Below are positions 1 to 7,131 of a stretch of DNA of 64,000 nt, piece by piece. The notes under the pieces are model-generated. The model made no database searches. It was not told where the DNA came from and saw only the letters and a list, made by a program, of their open reading frames with translations. The stretch is from assembly GCA_963770895.1 (NCBI GenBank), contig CAVYRF010000002.1, positions 224,001 to 288,000 on the forward strand, given 5' to 3'. The stretch's first letter is position 1, and every line of letters starts with the position of its first letter. Position numbers and translations under genes: made by a program. This DNA comes from an uncultured Acidobacteriota bacterium (GTDB lineage: Bacteria > Acidobacteriota > Thermoanaerobaculia > Multivoradales > UBA5704).

Positions 1-2
1 CC

Positions 3-1013
3 GCAGAGAAGCGGGGGCACCGGCCGCCGCCTCCACCGCCGAGCCTTGCCACCTTCACCGGCGTCGTCGCGGTCGGCCGCACGCGGTACACCTACACCAT
101 GGTTGGAACCAACCCGGAGCTGCGGCGCGCCCAAAACGTGGTCGTGCCGGTGGTGATCGTCCCCCTGCGGCTGGAGTTCCAGGACGGAACGGTGCTCGAC
201 CCCACCGCGCCCGACACCTGCCTGGGGGGCCGCGTGCCGGTGGACGTCACCCTGCAGTCGCCGCTTTTCCAGGACTACGACTACGGCGAAGGCCCCAGGC
301 AGTTTGTCGAGCAGATCCGGCGGATGGAGTTCTGGCAGTTCACCGGCCCGCACAAGCTCAATCCCGGCTACAGCGTGCGGCTGGGGACGCCCACCATCCT
401 GCCGACGCAGACGCTGACCCTTTCGTCAGCCAGCTTCACCGAGGCCATGACCTGCCGCACCACCGGCGACCCCGAGACGATGGGCCACATCGATTTCAAT
501 GACTTCAACAACTTCCTGGAGTCTCAGCTGGAGCCGCAGTTCCCGAAGTGGGGCATCAACGCCGGCACCTTCGTGGTCCTCCACCTGCCTTTCGCCGACT
601 TCTACGCAGACGGCACCGAGGTCGCATATTCCTTCCACGCCTATTTCAACACCCCGCAAGGCAAGATCACCTACGCGGCGGCGCAGCTCGGCCTGGCTCT
701 GCCGGGAGACGTGGTGAACATCGGGCCCATGTCGCACGAGTTCGCCGAATGGCTCGACGACCCCTACATCGACAACGCGACGCCGCCCTATGGCAACATC
801 GGCCAGGTGACGGGATGCCAAGCGATCCTTGAAGTCGCTGACCCGCTGACCGGCACCTTCCTGCCGCTCATCAAGATGCCCAACGGCATCTCCTATCAAC
901 CCCAGGAGACCGCCTTCTTCTCCTGGTTCTTCAACCAGGTACCATCCCTGGGATTCAACGGCTGGTACTCCACCAACGGCACCTTCAGGAAGCCCGCAGC
1001 GCCCTGCCACTGA
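3..1013 (+). CDS. Hypothetical, probably secreted protein with a HExxE-type motif; 5' end lies outside the window
   Basis: The frame of ORF 99..1013 is open back to position 3 (AEKRGHRPPPPPPSLATFTGVVAVGRTRYTYT-MVGTNP). It contains SHEFAEWLDDP...LEVADPL and has coding-like high GC3. Confidence 0.75.
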   Translation, partial: AEKRGHRPPPPPPSLATFTGVVAVGRTRYTYTMVGTNPELRRAQNVVVPVVIVPLRLEFQDGTVLDPTAPDTCLGGRVPVDVTLQSPLFQDYDYGEGPRQFVEQIRRMEFWQFTGPHKLNPGYSVRLGTPTILPTQTLTLSSASFTEAMTCRTTGDPETMGHIDFNDFNNFLESQLEPQFPKWGINAGTFVVLHLPFADFYADGTEVAYSFHAYFNTPQGKITYAAAQLGLALPGDVVNIGPMSHEFAEWLDDPYIDNATPPYGNIGQVTGCQAILEVADPLTGTFLPLIKMPNGISYQPQETAFFSWFFNQVPSLGFNGWYSTNGTFRKPAAPCH

Positions 1014-1025
1014 TCCACCTGGCAA

Positions 1026-1057
1026 CCCTCTTCCGGGGCCACCGTCCCGGAAGAGGG
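1026..1057 (+). terminator. 12-bp stem hairpin after the first gene (no U-tract)
   Basis: CCCTCTTCCGGG (1026-1037) pairs with CCCGGAAGAGGG (1046-1057). Confidence 0.45.
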
Positions 1058-1121
1058 GTAGCACCCCCAGCACCCACACCGCCGGCCTGGCGATCGACCC
1101 CGAGCGGGCAAGCCGCCGCCG
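1053..1121 (+). repeat. 69-bp degenerate intergenic repeat, copy 1
   Basis: GAGGGGTAGCAC...GCACCCACACCG...GCGGGCAAGCCGCCGCCG aligns with 1805-1873; the last 18 bp are identical. Confidence 0.8.
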
Positions 1122-1182
1122 CGCCATATTCTGGGATAGCCTGTAAACTAGTCAGGCCGACGCTTCGGGCGAGGAGGGATAT

Positions 1183-1626
1183 TTGAACATGAACGTGCAG
1201 GGACAAATCAAAGAGTACATTGCTAGTCAAGCTGAACCAAGACGCAGCGACATGCAAGAGTTGCACCGAATGATTCTGGAAATAGTGCCAGCATGTAGAT
1301 TATGGTTCCTGGATGGCAAAAACGACGAGGGTAAAACCGTTTCCAATCCTAATATAGGATATGGACTTCGCACCATAAAATACGCTGACGGCAAAGCCAG
1401 AGAGTTTTACCAGATCGGTATCAGTGCCAACAAAACTGGCATCTCTGTCTATATCCTTGGTATCGATGACAAGACATACTTGGTCAAAACGTATGGAAAA
1501 GAAATAGGCAAGGCGAGCGTGACCGGGTATTGCATCAGGTTCAAAACGTTAAGGGATATAAACATGGCGACGCTTGAAGCGGCAATACGATACGGGTTGG
1601 CGCAAGAGTCCCCGCCGGCGGGTTAG
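1183..1626 (+). CDS. DUF1801 (YdhG-like) domain protein
   Basis: Family-like motifs VSNPNIGYG, FYQIGISANKTGISVY and GKASVTGYCIRFK. RBS GAGGAGG at 1171-1177; start TTG 1183 or ATG 1189. Visibly AT-richer than its flanks. Confidence 0.8.
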   Translation: MNMNVQGQIKEYIASQAEPRRSDMQELHRMILEIVPACRLWFLDGKNDEGKTVSNPNIGYGLRTIKYADGKAREFYQIGISANKTGISVYILGIDDKTYLVKTYGKEIGKASVTGYCIRFKTLRDINMATLEAAIRYGLAQESPPAG

Positions 1627-1649
1627 GCGCCCCAGCCAAGGGGCGGGGG

Positions 1650-1680
1650 GAGCTGCGAGACACGAAGGCTCTCGCAGCTC
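1650..1680 (+). terminator. 11-bp stem hairpin, possible terminator
   Basis: GAGCTGCGAGA (1650-1660) pairs with TCTCGCAGCTC (1670-1680), just after the DUF1801 stop. Confidence 0.5.
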
Positions 1681-1709
1681 TTGGGGTCAAAACGGCCTCT
1701 CTGGGCGTG

Positions 1710-1764
1710 CCTGGCCGGCGCGGGCCCGGCGATTACGGACAGGTGTTGCCCACCAGGCAGAGGT
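1710..1764 (+). repeat. Left half of a split copy of 4341-4418
   Basis: Matches 4341-4395 with 3 mismatches and ends in GCAGAGGT (1757-1764). Confidence 0.9.
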
Positions 1765-1804
1765 TGCCGATGAACAAGACTATCCGTATCGGCCTGGTGT
1801 CCGC

Positions 1805-1873
1805 GAGGGGTTGCACTCCCGGCACCCACACCGGCGACCCGGCGACTCGATCTGTGCGGGCAAGCCGCCGCCG
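1805..1873 (+). repeat. 69-bp degenerate intergenic repeat, copy 2
   Basis: Aligns with 1053-1121 and sits just upstream of the -10 box of the riboswitch transcript. Confidence 0.8.
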
Positions 1874-1885
1874 GGGCACAGGCGC

Positions 1886-1891
1886 TATGAT
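1886..1891 (+). promoter_or_regulatory. Putative -10 box for the riboswitch/DUF190 transcript
   Basis: TATGAT lies 7 nt before the first G of the riboswitch; no clear -35. Confidence 0.55.
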
Positions 1892-1898
1892 GGAGCGC

Positions 1899-1956
1899 GG
1901 CGGTGGAGTCCGCCATCAACCGCCACGTCCCTCCCGAGCGGCCGATGCCTCCTACT
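1899..1956 (+). ncRNA. Fluoride riboswitch (crcB motif)
   Basis: GGCGGTGGAGTCCGCC-ATCAACCGC...GCGG-CCGATGCCTCCTAC follows the crcB consensus: GGCG/CGCC stem, GGAG/CTCC pseudoknot pairing and terminal CTAC. It precedes a DUF190 gene, a family known from crcB/Fluc loci. Confidence 0.85.
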
Positions 1957-1979
1957 TAGAGGCCAAAAAGGAGGCTTCC

Positions 1980-3224
1980 ATGAGGATTCTCGGTCCCGCA
2001 AAGCGCCTCATCATCTACATCGGCGAAAGTGATCGCTGGCACGGTCAGCCGCTCCACATCGCCCTGCTCGAAGCGCTGCGGCGCGACGGTATGGCCGGCG
2101 CGACGGTGCTGCACGGCACTGCCGGCTTCGGCGCCCACTCCCGCCTTCACACCTCGACGATCCTGCGCCTGTCCCAGGACCTGCCGCTGGTGATCCACGT
2201 CGTGGACACAGCCGAGCGCATCGATCACGCCCTGGCGCTGGTCGCGCCGATGGTCCGCGAAGGCCTGGTCACCGTCGAAGACGTCCAGGTCGTCAAGTAC
2301 ACCCACCGCTACCTGGCCCCCTTGCCGACCGACCGCCCGGTGCGCGACTTCATGTCCGCGCCGCTGGTGGTCACCACGGCGCAGGCGTCCATCCTGGAAG
2401 CCTGGGACCTGATGGTGCAACACGGTCTCAAGACGCTGCCGGTGGTCGACGAGCAGCACCGGCCGGTCGGCATGCTGAGCGACGGCGACCTCATGGAACG
2501 CACCGGCCTGGTGCAGCGGCTAGCCATTGCCGAGCGGCTGGACGCGGCGACCCTCGCCGCTTGGCGGCAGGCCCTGGCGGACAAGGAAACGCGTGTCGGC
2601 CAGGTGATGACCTCCCCCGCCGAAACCGTGCCGGCGGACGGCGCGCTCGGCCGTGCCGCCGCCCTGATGAGCCGCGGCGGCCGCAAGCGCCTGCCGGTGG
2701 TCGATGGCGACGGCGCGGCGATCGGCATGCTGAGCCGCTTCGACGTCCTCGCCGCCGTCGCCCCGGCCAGCAAGGGCCAGCGCGAACAACCCCCGCGCGG
2801 CGCCCTGCGCACCGTGGGCGAAGTGATGAATCACCACCTCCCCGCCGTCGCCGAGGACGCCGACCTGACGGAGGTCGTCGAAACCATGCTGGCCGGCGAC
2901 TTCAAGCGGGTCATCGTGGTGGACGCCGAACAGCGGCCGGTCGGGCTCATCAGCGACGGTGACCTGGTCGCCAGGGTGCGGCCCGACACCCGCCCCCGCC
3001 TGCTGCGCGCGCTGGCGCGCCTGGACAAGACGCCCAGGGGAGCCACCACCGCTCGCGAGCTGATGTCGCCGGGCGTCCTCACCGTGCCGCCCGACATGGC
3101 GGTAGGCGAAGCCGTCCAGCGCGCTCTCGCCGATCGCCGCAAGCGCCTGGTCATCGTCGACCCTGCCGGCCGCGCCATCGGTATCCTGGACCGCCAGGAC
3201 CTGCTGCGCGCCATCGCCGGCTGA
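1980..3224 (+). CDS. DUF190 (PII-like) domain fused to four CBS domains
   Basis: N-terminal IYIGESDRWHGQPL...GATVLHG..GFG...ILRLSQDLP, followed by two CBS pairs. RBS AAGGAGG precedes ATG 1980; the track start at 1707 is too early. Confidence 0.88.
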   Translation: MRILGPAKRLIIYIGESDRWHGQPLHIALLEALRRDGMAGATVLHGTAGFGAHSRLHTSTILRLSQDLPLVIHVVDTAERIDHALALVAPMVREGLVTVEDVQVVKYTHRYLAPLPTDRPVRDFMSAPLVVTTAQASILEAWDLMVQHGLKTLPVVDEQHRPVGMLSDGDLMERTGLVQRLAIAERLDAATLAAWRQALADKETRVGQVMTSPAETVPADGALGRAAALMSRGGRKRLPVVDGDGAAIGMLSRFDVLAAVAPASKGQREQPPRGALRTVGEVMNHHLPAVAEDADLTEVVETMLAGDFKRVIVVDAEQRPVGLISDGDLVARVRPDTRPRLLRALARLDKTPRGATTARELMSPGVLTVPPDMAVGEAVQRALADRRKRLVIVDPAGRAIGILDRQDLLRAIAG

Positions 3225-3253
3225 GGTGTGCGGCACGCCTTCGCGGGCCGGGT

Positions 3254-3727
3254 TCAGACCGCGGGTCGTCGCCGGCGCGCGGGCGGGCCAGGTCCTACTC
3301 GGCGCCCTCCAGCAGGGAACGCTTTGAGCACCAGCAGCAGCGGGACCGAGCGCTGCGCCAGGTCGCCGAGCAGGCGCAGCTCCTCGCCCGAGATCGGCGG
3401 CTCGGCGCCGGCATCGATCTGCGGCACGAACGCCAGGGTGGCCGCGGTGTTCTCGTCGAAGGTGGAGCCCAGGCCGGGAGTGTCGACGCAGCAGAGGCCC
3501 GCGGCAAGGAGAGCGTGGGGCAAAAAGACTTCGGCGGCGCGCACGCCGCGCCGGTTGTCCGGGTTGCGCTCCTCCGTCACGTAGGCCGCCAGATCGGCGA
3601 TCTCGATCGGCGTCCAACCCTCGGCCAGCAGCACGCGCGCTACGCGGCGTTCGCCGTGGCGCAGCACCGTCACCACCGAGGTGACCGGCACGACTCTCAC
3701 CGGCAGAACGGTCGCCTGGAAAAGGGC
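3254..3727 (-). pseudogene. Dynamin-family GTPase fragment
   Basis: VLPVRVVPVTSVVT, YVTEERNPDN and VDTPGLGST are present. The P-loop and all C-terminal domains are missing, and the fragment is cut at the 3728 repeat junction. Confidence 0.75.
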
Positions 3728-3758
3728 GCAGAGGTACTGGTCGTAGCCCTGTATCTGA
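3728..3758 (+). repeat. Right half of a split copy of 4341-4418
   Basis: GCAGAGGTACTGGTCGTAGCCCTGTATCTGA is identical to 4388-4418 (31 bp). Confidence 0.9.
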
Positions 3759-3822
3759 GGGTTGCAACGGCGACCTGCGTCTGACGGGTAGTAAACGCCG
3801 GAGTCACACAAAAGTCGATCTG

Positions 3823-3862
3823 TTATGTCAACTTGCCACATAATCTAAGACATTGATATGGT
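3823..3862 (+). promoter_or_regulatory. Putative sigma70 promoter with an overlapping inverted repeat, upstream of peptide gene 3918
   Basis: TTGCCA (3833-3838), 18-nt spacer, TGn-TATGGT (3857-3862). Inverted repeat TTATGT-N9-ACATAA at 3823-3843, in an AT-rich patch. Confidence 0.5.
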
Positions 3863-3917
3863 GCTCCTGCGCTCGGGAATGCCCTGAGACACGGGCACAA
3901 TTTTAGGAGGAAAACTG

Positions 3918-4085
3918 ATGCGGACAAGGATCGCCAAGAAGAAGCTATGCCTCACCTGTGAGACGGTGCGCTACCTCGACCAGAACGACCTGGAGCGAGT
4001 GGCGGGCGGCAACGTATCGGACATGACCCATTGCGCCGCCAGCATCTGCATCGGCGTCTGCAACACCAATCTCACCTGCCCATAG
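3918..4085 (+). CDS. RiPP (lanthipeptide-like) precursor, 55 aa, absent from the ORF track
   Basis: Translated by hand: MRTRIAKKKLCLTCETVRYLDQNDLERVAGG-NVSDMTHCAASICIGVCNTNLTCP. Strong RBS AGGAGG, double-Gly site, Cys/Ser/Thr-rich core. Confidence 0.85.
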   Translation: MRTRIAKKKLCLTCETVRYLDQNDLERVAGGNVSDMTHCAASICIGVCNTNLTCP

Positions 4086-4363
4086 GCCAGGTTCCGCCCG
4101 CCGGTGCTACGAGGAAAGCCTGCTGGCGGGCGGCCGGTCGAGCCTGCCGGGGAAACGTTGCTGCCAGCGGTTTCGATTCCCTACTTGATTTGTTTCTTCC
4201 GTACGGGCCACAACCAGCAGCCGGCCATGAGCCGATACGCCGAAAGTGAGGAGGCGATGTTGAAAGCTCCTACGTCGGCCAGGTATTGGGTCGGGTGTAT
4301 TCCACCCGTGCCACCGGCAGCGCGCCGCCGGCGACGATCACCCGGCCGACGCGGGGCCGGCGA

Positions 4364-4693
4364 TTACGGACAGGTGTTGCCCACCAGGCAGAGGTACTGG
4401 TCGTAGCCCTGTATCTGAAAGGTGGTGCCCACCTGGGTGCACTGCTGGGTAATCGTCTGCGTGGTGTCGCAGGTGTCGTCGGTGCCGCAGGCAGTCTCCT
4501 GGCGCAGAAGCTTGACGCTGAGGTTGCTCTGCGCCGCGGTGCAGGTCGAACCGGTGCCGGTCTCGGTCGGTGTCTGGTGCACGGGCGCGCTGCACGAGCA
4601 TGTGGCCGCGGCCGGCGGCGGCACCGCGAAGTGAACGGCAAGGGCGAGGGCGAAGAGTGCGGCGATAAGCCTCACGGTAGACCAGCGAATCAT
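4364..4693 (-). CDS. Small secreted Cys/Thr-rich protein (109 aa)
   Basis: Start MIRWSTVRLIAALFALALAVHFAVPPPAAA is signal-peptide-like; the mature part has 8 Cys. Confidence 0.7.
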   Translation of the reverse strand: MIRWSTVRLIAALFALALAVHFAVPPPAAATCSCSAPVHQTPTETGTGSTCTAAQSNLSVKLLRQETACGTDDTCDTTQTITQQCTQVGTTFQIQGYDQYLCLVGNTCP

Positions 4694-4999
4694 GACGGGA
4701 TCCTTCCCGAAGGACGCCAGCTCGCATCGGCCCGTCCACTGGCCGGCCGCCCATGCGGTGCGAGAGTTCCTTCGCTTTCTCCTAACTACATGAGTGCTCG
4801 CCGGGCCGCAGTGGTCGCCCGCAGAGCCCGCGCCGGCCATGGGAACTGTCGCCCGTGCGCGGGAAGGGAGCTGGACGCGGCGTGTAACGAAGGGGACGGC
4901 CGTGGCGCCTCACTTGGTTGCTTCCTGGATGCCGGGGAGCGGCGCCCGATCGGCCCCAATGGAGGGGTATGGCACATGGGCGACCTTGAGGAGATGACA

Positions 5000-5140
5000 A
5001 TGAAGAAGCTTGCCCTGAAGCTCAATCGTGAAGTCGTTCGCCAGCTGACGCCCAAGGAAACCCGCGAGGCCGCGGCCGGCTATATCTACCGGTTCAGCGG
5101 CGCCAGCTGCGAGTGCACGCAGATCTGCACGTTCAACTAG
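5000..5140 (+). CDS. RiPP (lanthipeptide-like) precursor, 46 aa
   Basis: MKKLALKLNREVVRQLTPKETREAAAG-YIYRFSGASCECTQICTFN. RBS GAGGAG at 4988-4993; same leader motif as the 3918 peptide. Hidden at the end of track ORF 4286..5140. Confidence 0.8.
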   Translation: MKKLALKLNREVVRQLTPKETREAAAGYIYRFSGASCECTQICTFN

Positions 5141-5154
5141 CACCAGCCGCGATC

Positions 5155-5180
5155 GCTGCGCCGGCATCTGCCGGCGCAGC
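5155..5180. terminator. GC-rich hairpin between convergent genes
   Basis: GCTGCGCCGGCA (5155-5166) pairs with TGCCGGCGCAGC (5169-5180). Confidence 0.5.
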
Positions 5181-5246
5181 ATAGTCCTGCTGCTGCGTCA
5201 GCCCCGCCACAGCTGGTTGGGCAGGCCCCGTCGCTTTGCGGAGAGG

Positions 5247-6926
5247 TCAGTTTCCAGCGCTGCCCGCGTGCCCTCTTGGCGGCGCAGGCCTGCCGGGCGG
5301 TGCCGGCAGCTCGGCGAAATAGGCGTCCGGCACACCGTTCCTGCCGTCGGGCCAGACGGCGAAGGCGCGGTTGCCGGCGGCGGTGATGCCGATGAAGTCG
5401 CCGAAGTTGCCGAATTGGGTGCCTTCCTTGTCAAAGGCGACCTTGCACCAGTTGCTGGTTTGGGAGGTGACGCGGACCGGCGCGCCGAAGGTTGCCCCGC
5501 CGTCGGTCGATTGCACCCAATAGACGTCGACCAGGGAGCTGACCCCGCCCTTGCGGGGGCCACCGTCGGTGAGCGGTTCCGTGCAGTCGATGCCGTCAGG
5601 GCCGGCATGCACCGGTTTTTCCTGGCTCTCCATGTACACGACGTCGACCGTGCCGCTTTCGCGGACGGCCACCGAGGGCCAGAAGCGCTTGACGCCGGTC
5701 GGCGGCTCCGGCGGCGCCAGCGGCTGCGGCGCGCTCCAGGTGGCGCCGCGATCGTCGGAGTACAGGAGGTAGGCTTGCGTCGACACCACGCGCTGCTCGG
5801 TGTACGGCGACGCGACCTCGCGCGCCGCGGCGGCATAGGTGACGTAGATGCGCCCGTTGCCGCCGACGGCCAGGCGCGGCCCGTCGTTGATGACGTACTT
5901 GCTGTAGCCGACCGGCGGGTCCTCGCGCATCGAGTTGATCTTGACCAGGTCCTGCGGCGCGCTGAAGGTGCTGCCGCCGTCGAGCGAGCGCGCGAAGCGG
6001 ACGCTCAGCGTGCGATTGGTCTTGACCGGGAAATAGGGATCGATGACCTTGGGGCCGAACTGCCAGGCCACGTAGATCTCGCCGTGCGGTCCCAGGCCGC
6101 CGGTCGATTGCACCTGGTAGGTGCCGTCGCTGCCGCAGCGGGGGTCTCTGGGGTTGACCGTATCGAGGGTGTCGTCGGGGCCGACGATCACCGGCCCTTC
6201 CCACGTCCTGCCTTCGTCGGCGCTGCGCAGCATCTCGATCTGGCCCGACGAGGTGCCCGGCTGGTTGCAGACGCCGCGCAGGTTGCTGAGCGTCACGTAG
6301 ACCTTGCCGCTGCCATCCTTGGCCGCAAAGAGGCTGGGGCTGCGCAGCAGGTCCTGCGCTCGGTGCGGCGAGAAGGGATGCTGATCGCTCCAGCTGAACA
6401 CGCCGTCCTTGAAGCGCCCGCGGTAGAACACCAGCCCGACCTGGCCCGAGCCGCCCGGCGTGGTGTCCGTGGCGGTCGCCGCCGTCGAGCGGGCCCGGCT
6501 GACCAGGAAAAACGTCTGGTTGTCGACGCCACCGCGGTCGAGCCAGGGGTGGCCCGAGGTCATTACGCTGCCGGGCAGGAAGGGCGGTCCGGCGTCGGTC
6601 CAGGTGCGCCCGCCGTCTGCCGAGGTGCCGACCGCCGAGATGCCCGGCGCTTGCGGCGGCGTGCAGGCGGCGCCGAACGGCTTGCCGCAGGTTCCCTGCA
6701 GGGTTTCCCAGGCGGCGACCAGCAGCGTTCCCGTCGGGTCGGCGGCGATCGCCTCCCCCGGCCGGCCGAGCCGTCCGTTGGGCATCGCTGCCTGCGATGC
6801 GTTCATGCGTCGATTGGCGATCGCCGGCGCCGGCGATCCGGCCTGCACGACCGTGATCGCCAGCAGGGTGTAGCCCGCCCAGCCGGCGAAAATCCTTTTC
6901 ATCGTTACAGGCTTGTCGTTAGTCAT
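5247..6926 (-). CDS. Secreted BNR/Asp-box repeat (sialidase-fold beta-propeller) protein
   Basis: Five Asp boxes: SADGGRTW, SADEGRTW, SLDGGSTF, SDDRGATW, STDGGATF. Signal-like N-terminus; RBS GAGGGG before ATG 6926. Confidence 0.85.
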   Translation of the reverse strand: MTNDKPVTMKRIFAGWAGYTLLAITVVQAGSPAPAIANRRMNASQAAMPNGRLGRPGEAIAADPTGTLLVAAWETLQGTCGKPFGAACTPPQAPGISAVGTSADGGRTWTDAGPPFLPGSVMTSGHPWLDRGGVDNQTFFLVSRARSTAATATDTTPGGSGQVGLVFYRGRFKDGVFSWSDQHPFSPHRAQDLLRSPSLFAAKDGSGKVYVTLSNLRGVCNQPGTSSGQIEMLRSADEGRTWEGPVIVGPDDTLDTVNPRDPRCGSDGTYQVQSTGGLGPHGEIYVAWQFGPKVIDPYFPVKTNRTLSVRFARSLDGGSTFSAPQDLVKINSMREDPPVGYSKYVINDGPRLAVGGNGRIYVTYAAAAREVASPYTEQRVVSTQAYLLYSDDRGATWSAPQPLAPPEPPTGVKRFWPSVAVRESGTVDVVYMESQEKPVHAGPDGIDCTEPLTDGGPRKGGVSSLVDVYWVQSTDGGATFGAPVRVTSQTSNWCKVAFDKEGTQFGNFGDFIGITAAGNRAFAVWPDGRNGVPDAYFAELPAPPGRPAPPRGHAGSAGN

Positions 6927-6974
6927 GAATCGCCCCTCGGCGGCCGCTGCGCGCTTGTGTAAAATTCGGTCGCG

Positions 6975-7003
6975 AGTATAGTTTGACAAGCTTGTCTTGA
7001 GAA
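6975..7003 (-). promoter_or_regulatory. Putative promoter of the BNR gene with a palindrome in the spacer
   Basis: Minus-strand TTCTCA-N17-TATACT; perfect 12-bp palindrome GACAAGCTTGTC at 6985-6996. Confidence 0.5.
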
Positions 7004-7131
7004 GAAGTGTGCGCCGCCGCTCCTGCGCCGCGCGTCCCTGCAATCCACGAAAAACGGTGGAAGCTCGTCGCTCGCCACCCTGAGGTCTACTGCATGGAGC
7101 CCGAGGCAAAGACGGGACGGCCACAAGCGTG

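Noticed and set aside
1707-1979. N-terminal extension of the DUF190-CBS ORF
   Set aside because: It runs through repeats, the promoter and the riboswitch; the RBS supports ATG 1980.
1765-3727. Autonomous IS or transposon
   Set aside because: No transposase and no terminal inverted repeats; reported only as an insertion-like segment.
1053-4418. CRISPR array or integron attC cassette array
   Set aside because: The repeats are not regularly spaced, and there is no cas or intI gene. GTTAGGC at 1622 has no matching RYYYAAC inverse core that I could find.
4286-5140. 284-aa ORF
   Set aside because: Only the last 46 codons have an RBS and coding character; the rest overlaps the Cys-rich gene in antisense.
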